From Paraspadella gotoi (lineage: Eukaryota; Animalia; Chaetognatha): DNA of 64,000 nt. The stretch spans positions 1 through 64,000 of the forward strand of contig CM119269.1 of the NCBI GenBank assembly GCA_051294375.1, in the 5' to 3' direction. A program made the translations under genes and the position numbers. Below, in pieces: positions 11,697 to 23,439 of this stretch (position 1 is the stretch's first letter; each line of letters starts with the position of its first letter). Under the pieces are notes generated by a model that saw only the letters and a program-made list of their open reading frames with translations, was not told where the DNA came from and ran no database searches.

Positions 11697-12347
11697 ATAA
11701 TTAATAAGTCTCACCAATAAGTCTACCATAATACTCAACTAGCTGTAACAACAAAATAAATTGATAGACAAAAACAAACAATGTATATCTCTCCTTCTTA
11801 TCACGTAGCCTTATCATCGTATCATCTACCCATCTTATTTATTTTTCTCTCTCGTTATCTCATTATCTCGTTATCCTCGTTATCTTCTTAGTCGCCTCAA
11901 CACTTGATTTTTAGAACACAAAGCAGAACAATTTCTCTAACTTCTAACATACAAAAAAAAAAAAAAGAATTCAAAAAAGAAACGACGCGCACGAAACAAA
12001 AACAAAAGCCACGACGAAGAGAGCAGAATGATTTCTCTAACTGGCTTCAAACAAAAAAAGAAACGACGCGCACAAAACAAAAACAAAAGCCACGACGAAG
12101 AAAGCAGTTCCAAGCGGCCCAAAAACTGGCTTCAAAAAAAAAAAAAAAAAAAAAAGAAATCGACCTTCAACAAAAGTTTGTCGGAAAGATGCCCTGATGG
12201 ATTAGAAGAGCCCAACGCCACTAATCCCATCCCAATCTTGGACGTCTTCGATCTGCTGCCAAAAACGACGACCAAGAGAATCCCAGATGGAATCCGACAG
12301 ACAAGTTTTCAGACCTCGCGCGTCAACTGACCCCTCCCGTGCTCCTC

Positions 12348-12359
12348 GGGGAGAGGGGG
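12348..12359 (+). promoter_or_regulatory. Polypurine tract (PPT)
   Basis: GGGGAGAGGGGG lies directly before the 3' LTR. Confidence 0.88.
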
Positions 12360-12667
12360 ATCACATCGCAGGAGAATCAAGCCAACCAAAAGCAAATCGG
12401 ATCAAAGGCACGTTTGAATCCCACAGAATTGGAATCATGATTGGTTGAGGCGGAATCGGAATCGACCAATCAGCTTGCAGAAACAATGGATTTGTAAAAT
12501 ACCCCTTGCCTCTGATCCTCTTCTCTAGATATAAATAGACCTAGCTTCCTTAGTTTCAGTAGAATTGATCTGGACTCCTGCGCGTGTCTCACCGTCACTA
12601 TTTTATTCTCAGAATAAAATCTCGTTTTAGTATTCACCAAAAACCCATGAGTTTTTCCTTAATTGAT
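12360..12667 (+). repeat. 3' LTR
   Basis: Direct repeat of 4280-4588, preceded by the PPT. Confidence 0.92.
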
Positions 12668-15600
12668 AAAAGTCTAATTAAAGTCGCTTTTTCAAGCCAA
12701 ATTGACTAATGATGTTTAAATTTTGATTAAACTAATTCCTCATGCATGGAAGCATTTAATATTTAACAATATATAAGAATGCTTAAAAATTTTTTTTTAA
12801 TTTATACTTTTAAAAAGTATTCTGTATGTGATTAAAAAGTTAGATAAAGGTTAGTACTACAAATTTTAAATTTAATGATAAATGGGCTAAAATTTGAAAA
12901 AACCTTAATCATCATCATATTCATTAATTTTATAGTTTTTATATATTTTTATAGATCACTAAAATTTCAAAAATTTAATAATAACCTGACATTATACAGA
13001 AGGCTTTATATTTATAAAATGTAGTACCCCTTTTTTTGACAGAATCTTTCCCCAAATACCCATCGAATTTAATGAAATTTTACATTTAGAGTTCTAATGG
13101 AACTATCGAAGCAAATTTTAATATTCAACCCCTGACGAAGATACAGGGCCCTGGGGTGGACCCTTGGGGGCCAAAAAATATTAAATTTCTTATTTTCAAA
13201 TTTTTGTAGTGCATCATGCATTGACGTTTAAACATAAGAAAAAAACATTAGAACTAAAACTTGATAAATTTGCAATAATTAGCATGGTTTAAGATGCATG
13301 GTTCATTGTTTTACTTTCAATTTTCTAAAATTTTTCCAAATCCGACTTAACCTGCTGATGTTCATAAAGCTAAAAATTGTAAATGAATATTTTTTAGGTA
13401 ATAAATATGTTTTTGTGGAAGAGTAAACGTCGTGGCAACTGTTCAAAACAAAAATAAAAAAAAATTGAAAAAAGTTTTTGACTATTTTTTGCCCCCATGG
13501 GTATACGGATATATAAAATACTTCCATGCGTTTAACTATAAGATAAATCTAAAATTTTTTATGAACTATTAAACACTTAAAATATTTATACCGCTTCTGT
13601 TAGTTTAAAAGCCTGTTCCACCTTAGTGTCCAGCCGCCTCTCATTCCTTCATACAAAGGCCTTTATTGCGAAGTTCATCGCAACGGATTGCACATGATGG
13701 TTGAGAGACCAAGCTCTGGACGAAACACCATCAACATCGTTCGAGTCAAACCAGCTTGGGTCTGTGATGAGGAGCCTTGCTCAGAGTGAGCCCCTGGCCG
13801 CCGACCTGGCCTGAGAACAAGAAATCCGGCGCCAACAACGAGAATAACTTGTTCAATGGCTCGTTCAATGAATCAACGCAACGCTCCTCCTCTTTCACAA
13901 TATTTATTATATTTAATTATATTCTTTATATAAAGTATACTCTTTTATAATATAATGGAGATATTTGATATTTATTTATGATAAATCTGAAGTAGAAACC
14001 ATCTGACTCTTAGTAATTGATAACCTGATATACTTCCATTGCAACTCCCATCATAGTCACAGATAGGATATCTTCTTAAAATTTTTATTATGTATTTATT
14101 CATTACGTATGTATTCTCCCATTTTTTTCTTGTCTTTCATCATTTTTTAGTTAAAAACACGGTAAGAACTCTTTTTAAAGCGATCAACGCTAGTGAGATT
14201 CGCGTCATTCCTCCTTATGTGGTAGAGCCACTCTGCTTTGACGAGGCAATGTATAGAGGTGATAAGGCCGGAATGTATTATTTCGCCGTTGTGAGAGAGA
14301 TGAGAGCTGTGATTACTTCACAGGCAATGATTGGCTGAATGAATCATTTTCACAAAGTTTGACGAATTTTCATTTTTTGACCCCCTGGATGACACAGACC
14401 CCTTAAGAGACAAGATTTAAAATATCAACCTTGGCTTTAGTTGCGTAAGTCAGAAATTTTATTTGCTTAATACAACAATTTATGCGTCTTTTCAGTCCCA
14501 AGCCTAGATTAGTGTAGTTGTTGTTGTCGGTCTCTCTCTATCTCTCTCTCTCTCTTTCTCTCTCTCTTGGTATACATTATACAGACATACATCAACTCTG
14601 AACTAAACATATTTTGCGAGCAAAACATTGAAGAAAAACAAAAAATAAAACTTTTAGATTAAAAAAAAAAATTTGACAAAAATAGAGTCATTAGGAGAAA
14701 CGAACTTGGGTGAGGATAAGTAAGTTCATCTCAGGTAAAGAATGGTTAGGAGATGAGATGGCGAGTAAGGTGTGGAAAGAAAAGGTGATAGGTGGATGAA
14801 GATTAAAATCATTAAATGACTCAATAATGTTATAATGCGAATTGTAAAAGAGAAGAAGTAAGAAAAATAAGTGAGAAGGAATTGTTTGTTATGGTGAGGA
14901 AGAACAATAAAGTTGAATCGTTAGTGCGACAACTAAATGAAAAAGGAAAGACAAATATATATTAAGAAGGAGAGAAATAGAAATAGCGAAGAAATGATAA
15001 GTAATGAGAACTATGAAAGAAGAGAGAAATATAATTTAAATGAAATTGAAATCGTGTAGTTTTGTAACATCGTTGGATACGTAATAGCGCACTGACTAAT
15101 GCTTCCTCTTCTAACCCGGCGGGTTAAATCAATGGACACTCTAGAGAGGGAGGATATCACAATATCATTGTAATAAGAATTAAGAAGGACAGGCGACATC
15201 TTTCTTGTGTCAGTCGTTTGGTCATTAACTTCAAACAATTACATTATAATAGTCTACCGTAATTTAAGATTTAAATTTAGTAACATATTTTGATTATTCA
15301 CATCCATTTCTTTTGAAGTTTAAAAAGATCATATTATTTACAGCAAAGGTAATAATTTAATTTCAAACAAGATTTAATTTGAAATCAAGTACAGTGGCAT
15401 TTCTGGTCCTTGACCTAAATCTATTGCGCAACCTAAATTTCAAACTTGTCTTTTCAGTTTCCAGTATTAATTTTGCAATAAAATATTTTTTATCGGCGAG
15501 CAACTTTCTTCTGTTGGCGTTTTAGTATTTCATAATTTGAAGCGAATCTAATTTAAATGACGATTATATTAGTTTAAATTTGGCAATATTATTGACCTAC

Positions 15601-15869
15601 TCCATTTGGCTTACAACCATTTATTCTCTACTTTTAATTATGAATTATTTTTAATAGGTTGGAACTAATACTATTTTACTTAAACGTAATCTTCTAAAGG
15701 GATTTCACAGTTTAACTTAGGCTAGGTATGCAACACAAAATTACAAACTTGATTTTCACATGTCGATTCTACATCATCAATTTGATGAACTATGAAAAGA
15801 ATCCCATTTTTAAAGCTTGTCATGATAATAAATAAAAGTCGAGATACAAAAAAAAAAACAAAAAAGACG

Positions 15870-16080
15870 ATTATGGCAACGGGAGGATAGCCTGTGATTT
15901 CCCGGGGCCGGGTATCTCACTAACTGGCGTAGGGCTGCGGACCTCAGTGACCGCCTCCTGTCACTGGCATGTTTAACGCCACCGTCACATTAACCAGAAC
16001 CGGGATACCAGGGATTGAACCCGGTACGCACGGATGAATGAGATGCATTAGCTGCTCAGCATTGAGACGAGGCTGAGGAC
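15870..16080 (-). mobile_element. Degraded tRNA-derived SINE-like fragment
   Basis: B-box-like GGTTCAATCCC on the minus strand (16011-16021) in a GC-richer island; A box poor. Confidence 0.35.
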
Positions 16081-16163
16081 GACAGCAGTGAGGCAGCTTT
16101 AAGTCTTGCTGCCACAAGAAATAATATGAAGAATTCGATATCAAATAGACTGAGGGGATGAAG

Positions 16164-16207
<44 letters not shown>

Positions 16208-16807
16208 TCTCTCTCTCTTCCTTTCGCTCTACAGTTTGACGATTTCGTTATATTATAATCGGGCATTGCCGTTTTGACACGGTCTCTCATGACTATTTGG
16301 TGACTGTCCTACAGAAAGTGACGTCGCGACCACATTGGCCAGGGAAAACCCCCGCGCCCGGTATCATCCATTGCTGGTTGACGATGATTGGCAAAGATTC
16401 CATGGGCAACTCTTTTCACCCACTTTGCTCCTCTTCATTGGTTTGATTCTCGACGATGATTCATCCATCGCGCGGGTCCTTGGTAATTCTATCCGAGTCA
16501 CGGCACTTCCTTCTATTCTTGTTCTGATTCCATCTTGAAAAATGTTGCTTAGGTTGCTTAAAGCTTAAGAAACAACTAATGCTCGCGAAAAATTTTGGTT
16601 TTTTTTAGCCTGAATCTATTTTCATTTTCAATTTTTCCCCTTCTATCCCTCTCCTCATTATTTTCTTTTTCTTCTTATCTTCTTTTCTTTTTCTTCTTTC
16701 TTTTTCTTCGGTTTTCAATTTTCAAACTTCTTGCACTGATTACATTCTTATTCCTTTTATTTTCTGTTTTATTTCATTTCCTAAGAAAATTCGAGAGAGA
16801 GAGAAAA

Positions 16808-16870
<63 letters not shown>

Positions 16871-17780
16871 ATTTTTTTATTTAATTTAGTTTTTCGTTTC
16901 CAAAACTCGAATTTTCTTTCGTTTTTTCTTCGATTCTGCGTAAATTTTCTTCGAATTTTATTTCACGCGGAAAAAATAAATCGCGACTTCGCATTGGAGC
17001 ATAAATTTTTATTTTTGAGAACTTCTTACAATAGGTCCAATTGATTAAAATAATTTTATACTAATTAACTTAAAAAATTATTAAGATTTATTTTTAAAAA
17101 AATATTTTTTAGTTATAGCTATTGATAACCAAGTTAAACTGTTTTAAGTTTAAATCTTTTTTTAAGTATATTATCATAATTAGAAATATATTTATTATTA
17201 TAAAAAACTCATATCCCGAGGATACTTATAATAATTTTTAGTTTTTTATATATAAATTTTTTATTATTTTCTCAACATTAACAAAATTTTCAATTTGAAT
17301 ATCCAATGCGAAAAATCCAAAAATATAATTTTTTTTAGTCTAAACGAATTAAAAGAAAACATATGAAGAAAGAAAGAATGAAAAAAAAGGAAAGAAAGAA
17401 AGAAAAAAAGAAAGATAGAAGAAAGAAAGAAAGATATAAAAAGAAAAAAAAAGAAAGACAAAAAAAAATAAAAAAATAAAGAGCGAGAGAGAGTGAGAGG
17501 GAGAGAATCGCATAAAAGGAAAAAAGAAAGCAAAGAGAAAAATGATCGGAGGAAAATTTGATCAGTAATCCATCTCATCTGCGGGTGAGAAGAGAGAGAG
17601 AGAGAGAGAGAGAGANNNNNNNNNNNNNNNNNNNNNNNNNNNNNNNNNNNNNNNNNNNNNNNNNNNNNNNNNNNNNNNNNNNNNNNNNNNNNNNNNNNNN
17701 NNNNNNNNNNNNNNNNNNNNNNNNNNNNNNNNNNNNNNNNNNNNNNNNNNNNNNNNNNNNNNNNNNNNNNNNNNNNNNNN

Positions 17781-17816
<36 letters not shown>

Positions 17817-18149
17817 TTAGGGAATCAATGTTTTGGAAGAAAGTAGGAAAATGGAAAAAAGGTTTGGGAAAGAAATTAAAGCAAATTATTTTTTTTTTCG
17901 ATTTAGTTTGTTTTAGTTTTTTTTTCGTTAAAAAGTGAAATACATAAACAAAATGCAGAGATCTAACGATGGAGAAATAAAAAAGAAAGAAAGAAAAAAA
18001 ATTAAAGAAAGAAAAAGATAGAAAGAAAGAAATATATAAATAATGAAAAAAAAGAAAGAAAGAGATCAGAAGGCCAACAGATGAGAACATTTTCCGTTCT
18101 GATGAATTAGACTCTTCCTTTTATTATTCGATGATCGAAAACTCAGGTT

Positions 18150-18180
<31 letters not shown>

Positions 18181-18955
18181 ANNNNNNNNNNNNNNNNNNN
18201 NNNNNNNNNNNNNNNNNNNNNNNNNNNNNNNNNNNNNNNNNNNNNNNNNNNNNNNNNNNNNNNNNNNNNNNNNNNNNNNNNNNNNNNNNNNNNNNNNNNN
18301 NNNNNNNNNNNNNNNNNNNNNNNNNNNNNNNNNNNNNNNNNNNNNNNNNNNNNNNNNNNNNNNNNNNNNNNNNNNNNNNNNNNNNNNGTCATCTACTCAT
18401 TCTTTGTTTACATGAATTGGGAATTCGGCGAGAAAAAAAAAGACGAAAACTACGAGTCTGAAAAATGAAAAGAGAACAACAACAACAAAGATATCNNNNN
18501 NNNNNNNNNNNNNNNNNNNNNNNNNNNNNNNNNNNNNNNNNNNNNNNNNNNNNNNNNNNNNNNNNNNNNNNNNNNNNNNNNNNNNNNNNNNNNNNNNNNN
18601 NNNNNNNNNNNNNNNNNNNNNNNNNNNNNNNNNNNNNNNNNNNNNNNNNNNNNNNNNNNNNNNNNNNNNNNNNNNNNNNNNNNNNNNNNCTCGGTGAGCT
18701 TTCCCTTTCCCTTCCATCGCCCATCGGCTTTCCGCGTTGACATTTTCAAGGTTGTCTTCGTCGTCATTTTTTGGTTCATCTTAGTACAAAACTATATATA
18801 TTATTATATAAAGTTAACCATTCATTTAATATACAGTAACTTTTTTCTTTACTCGATAAACTGGAGGGAGCGGATATCTCCCAAACTAGGAGTTGTAATC
18901 ATTCTATGTCATTTTCCGTCATCTGACTGATTCTCATTTTGTCTATGATAATAAT

Positions 18956-18994
18956 TCTTCGGAGGCGTGGGTTCGAATCCCACCACTGCCACAA
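18956..18994 (+). pseudogene. tRNA-Leu 3' fragment (variable arm to acceptor stem, then CAA)
   Basis: TCTTCGGAGGCGTGGGTTCGAATCCCACCACTGCCA matches the eukaryotic tRNA-Leu(AAG/TAG) 3' half; the 5' half is absent. Confidence 0.85.
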
Positions 18995-19334
18995 CATCTA
19001 AGTAAGTAGACAGGGATTTCTTAGTGAAACCAACGTGGATTTATTTACAAGAAAATAGACAGTGAAAATGGTATCAATTTTTAGACAGAGTGACTCGCCA
19101 TGGAAAACAAGAGCTATTTATACAAGGGAATCGGATCCGTGACTCTGGCAACTTTGCCCGCCGGATGAAAGCCCGGCTGATCATTGATCGGTGCCATTTG
19201 TCGTTTGACCAATGAGAGAGTCTCTTGTAATTTCGTTTGACCAATGAGAGAGTCTCTTGTAATTTTGTTTGACCAACAAGAGAGTTTCTTATAATTTTTT
19301 CTCGCGTCGCCGATCCGATTCCGAGAGAACAATT

Positions 19335-19380
19335 ACCAATCTCTTCCGAGGCGTGGGTTCGAATCGCAACGCTGCCACCA
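19335..19380 (+). pseudogene. tRNA-Leu 3' fragment ending in CCA
   Basis: ACCAATCTCTTCCGAGGCGTGGGTTCGAATCGCAACGCTGCCA+CCA; the 5' half is absent. Confidence 0.82.
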
Positions 19381-20229
19381 CATTTAAGTAAGTAGACAGG
19401 GATTTCAATATGAAACCGACGTGGAATTTATTTCAATATATGAACAAGCGCAAGACGGTGTCGGAATTTGTGACAAAGTGAATCAGTACAAAAATGGTCA
19501 GAATTTATACAGGGCAATCGGATCATCCCTTTGGCATGAAGCCCATCTTGTGATTGGTGGCTTCACTTGGTGGTTCGTCCAATGAGAGAATAGAATCCGG
19601 CTTTCGGCGGATTTTACCCGAGTCGCGGATACGATTCTATTTTTGGTTCTGATTCCAACTTTGATGTTAGAGAAAAAAAGTGGCTGCGGCGGCGGCTGAA
19701 GCGGCTGGGGCTGTGGCTGCTGCAAAGTATAAAAATTCGTAGCGAAAGCTTCGACGCATTTTTTTTATTTTCCTTTATATCTTTTCGCTTTTCTTTTCTT
19801 TCTTACTTGATTTTCTCTTTTCCCTTTCCTATCTTTGACCTCTCTATGTTTCCTTTATATTTTGTTTTGACCCTTGTGAGAATGACCCGGTTTTTGTTTT
19901 TGACCTTTTTGGCTTCGACCATAAATCTGATCATCAGTTTTATCGAAGTTCTTGTGTTTTTCTTTAATCTACGCCCCGAGCCGGGCGTCTCACTCCTCCC
20001 TCTCTTCCACACACCCTCCCCTCCCCCTCTCTTCCTCCCTGCTAGATCCGATGATGGCGGATTCGTCTCCTCCTCCCTCTCTTTCCTCCGCTTGCCTTCC
20101 CATGCATCCGTGATGACGCTAAACACGAGGTTGTGGACGCAGAGAAAAAATAAGGTCGGCGAGATGAAGATTCTTCTACGTATGAGAATCGCGGCGAAGA
20201 AGTCGAAGTCCTATTTGTTTCGTAGGTCG

Positions 20230-21090
20230 GGACGTGTTTTTGCAGAGTTCCTTTTGATACAAAGATGTTGTTTTCAAGTCTTTTCTAATTAATAATGGTT
20301 CTTTTGATGTCTTTTCTAAACATATACTGCCCATGTGTTGCTAGAGTTCCCCTTGAGTCAAAGATGTTGTTTTCAAGTCTTTATAATTATAATGTTCTTT
20401 TGAAAAGTCTTTTCTAACAATGGTGATAGCCTCATGTTGTTGCAGAGCTCCCTTTGATCAACAAAGATGTTTGTGTTCAAGTCTTTTTATAATTAATAAG
20501 TGTTCTTTTGAAGTCTTTTCTAAACAAACGAGCCATGTTGTTGCAGAGAGATCCCCTTTGATAACTAAGATGTTGTTTTCAAGTCTTTTCTAATTAATAA
20601 TTGGTTTGTTGAAGTCTTTTTCTAAACGTCCAATGTTGACGCAGAGTTTTTTCTTTGAATACAAAGACTGTTGTTTTTCAAGTCTTTTCTAATTAATTAA
20701 TGTTTGTTTTTGAAGTCTTTCTAAACAGCTGTATTCCATATGCTTGTTGGGCAGAGTTTCTTTGATACAGAGATGTTGTTTTTCAAGTCTTTTATAATTA
20801 ATAATCTGTTTTTGAAGTCTTTTCTAAACAGCCATGTTGGTTTTAGGAGTCTCTTCTGATAACAAAGAATGTTTTTGTTCAAGTCTTTTCTAATTTAATA
20901 AGGTTGTTTGAAGTCTTTTTTTTCAACACTGCGTTGCGCATGTTGTCGCAGAGTGTCTTTTGATTACAAGATTGTTGTTTTTCAGTCTTTTTATAATATA
21001 ATTTGTTGTTTTGAAGTCTTTTCTAAACAGAAATGTTGTGTTTTGAGTCTCTTTGGATACCAAGATGTTATTTTTAAGTTATTTTCTAAA
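20230..21090. repeat. ~100-bp tandem array, ~9 copies
   Basis: Unit CATGTTGTTGCAGAG...CTTTGATACAAAGATGTTGTTTTCAAGTCTTTTCTAATTAATAATG...TTGAAGTCTTTTCTAAACA recurs about every 100 bp. Confidence 0.9.
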
Positions 21091-21994
21091 CAACCAGAAT
21101 ATTTTAAAAAAGTTATAGTTTTATAGGTTTATAGTTTTTGAAGTTGTCTCATAAGGGGTTAATGTCTTCCTAATTTAATGAGACTAATTCGGAAGTTAAA
21201 ATGAGACTTGTTAGTAGAAAAAATCTTTGCATTTGTAATGCATAAATTAAAATTTAATTATCAATATTCTACTGGTAATTAATGGAGAAAGAGAGAGAGA
21301 GAGGAGAGAGAGACGAGAGAGATATATATATTATAGTATATATATATTTGATTTTGATTGATTTATGTAATGCTAAAAATGTGACAGTTAACGACAGGTC
21401 ACATATTGTTCAGAATGGTANNNNNNNNNNNNNNNNNNNNNNNNNGAGAGAGAGAGAGAGAGGCCATTGTTGCCATTGATCGTCAATTTAGGAGAGAGAA
21501 GTAGAGAGGGAGAGAGAAGAAGAGAGGGAGAGAGAAGAAGAGAGGGAGAGAGGGAGGATAAAAAAAGAAGCTTAAGAAGGGAACGACTAGAACGTTCTGC
21601 TTCATCAATTAAAAAAGCTAATTGACTAATTCAAACTACATGTTATTTGGTTAAAATATTCTTTCAAACAACAAGAACAATAAGATGGTAAAATAGTAAA
21701 AATGTAAAATGTTAACTTCAAATCCTTTGTAACGCTTTTTTTTTTAAAAAAGCGCTTCTATTATTTAGTAATACCATTAATTAGCTTTAATCATTCTCTC
21801 ATTTTGTACCTTTTCAAAAATTGACACAACAATCGCTCCATTTTATAATTCAGTCGATGTCAGCTCTACTATGAGATAATCGCCTTCACTCGCTCGCACC
21901 ATAGAACCAAAGTCATACGCCTCATGAATTATGAGAAAGTTGTGATGGTCGCTTCCCTCTTGTCGATGTCAGGTCTTACATGAAAAAGCGTAGG

Positions 21995-22067
<73 letters not shown>

Positions 22068-23280
22068 CAGAGAGAGAGAGAAAGAGAGATAAGAACGTTG
22101 AAGAAGGAAAAGGGAAGAAAAAAAAGACAAAAAAAACGAAAAGAAAAGAAAAGAAAAGAATAGAAAAGAAGAAAAAAGAAATTAATAGAAAAGAAGAGAA
22201 AAGAAAAAAAAGAAAAAAAAGAGAAAATAATAGAAAAGAAAAGAAAAGCAAAGAAAAGAAAAGAATAGATGTTAAAAGAAATTTGAAAAAACCCACAACA
22301 GTAAAACAATGGAAGCAACCAAAAATAAAATTCGGAACAAATTGAAAATAGAAAAGTAAGATCGACGACGAGCGACTGACGAGGACGACGAACGACGACG
22401 AACGGACCGACACGACGCGACGACGAACGACGACAACACAAAAGTCTCCACTCTTTACTGCTCAAGTCCGAGACGCGATAAGCGAGACTCACTTCGACCG
22501 CAAAAATATAAAAGGCAGATTTGGCGGAAGTTGCTTGTTTTTATGTTGTTGTTGTTGTTTATGTTTTTGTTGGTTTTTTGTTGTTGTTGTCGTTTTCCTG
22601 GACGGATGTCGAGGCGTCAGTTGCTTTCTTCCCAAGCGACGTTAAGTTCTAGCGAGAATCTGACCTTTGCTTGCTTTGTTTTTTTGCTTGTTTGCTTACT
22701 GGCTGGTTTGGGTTACAGCTTTTTAATCCTTTTCCCTTCTTTTCTTTTTTTTTTTTTCCTTTACTTTTCTTTTCTTATTTTCTTTTCTTTTCTTTTCTTT
22801 TCCTTTTCTTATGTCTTTTCTTTTTTTCTTCTTTACTTTACTTTTCTTTCTATTTCTTTTCCTTTCCTTTTCTTTGCTTTATCTTTCTTTTCTATTAGAA
22901 TTTTTTTTCTTCTTTCTCTTCTTTTCTATTTCTTTCTCTTTCTTTTCTTTTCTTTTCTTTTCTTTTCTTTCTCTTTTCCTTTTTCTTTTCTTTTCTTTTT
23001 TACTTTTCTTCTTCTCTCACTTTTCTTTCTATTCTTTTCTTTCTTTGCTTTTCTTTCTATTAGATTATTTTTTTCTCTTTCTCTCTTTTCTCATCTTTTC
23101 TTTTTCTTTTCTTTTTTTTCTTTTCTTTTCTTTTCTTTCTTTTCTATTAGATTTTTTTTTCTTCTTTTCTCTTCTTTTCTATTTTTCTTTTCTTTCTCTT
23201 TCCTTTTCTTTCCAATTCTTTTTTTTTTCTTTGCTCTTTCTTTCTTTCTATTAGTTTTTTTTCTCCTTTCTCTTCATTTC

Positions 23281-23316
<36 letters not shown>

Positions 23317-23408
23317 TTTTTTTTCTTTTCTTTCTTTGCTCTTTTTTTCCTTTTCTTCCTTTCTTATTACTTTTTTCTTATTTTTTTTATTTTTTCTTTT
23401 CTTCTTTT

Positions 23409-23439
<31 letters not shown>

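Larger units (their letters stand above)
4280..12667 (+). mobile_element. Ty3/Gypsy (Metaviridae-type) LTR retrotransposon, near full length, no env
   Basis: Paired ~305-bp direct LTRs, a TGG-initiated PBS, a PPT, a gag-like ORF and a pol with PR-RT-RH-IN order. No TSD recognisable. Confidence 0.95.
18956..19680 (-). mobile_element. Two tandem diverged LTR-like units, each ending in tRNA-Leu-complementary sequence
   Basis: Each unit has TATAAA, then AATAAA ~75 nt later, a U5 resembling the Gypsy LTR U5, and then TGGTGGCAGCG / TTGTGGCAGTGG. Confidence 0.65.

Noticed and set aside
11697-12347. env or third ORF in the retrotransposon
   Set aside because: Only ~650 nt; the short ORFs are poly-A/Lys-rich with no signal peptide or transmembrane segment.
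4280-12667. Dating the insertion from LTR divergence, or calling the element intact and active
   Set aside because: LTR differences look like read indels, and four 10-N gaps interrupt the ORFs, so neither can be judged.
15240-15830. Exons encoding Kv S4 or post-S6 segments
   Set aside because: This needs several arbitrary frameshifts, other frames read equally well, and there is no pore motif.
18900-19400. Functional tRNA-Leu genes
   Set aside because: No 5' acceptor strand, D arm or anticodon loop; only 3' halves are present.
20230-21090. CRISPR array
   Set aside because: Eukaryotic context, ~85-nt repeats, 2-13-nt linkers and no cas genes.
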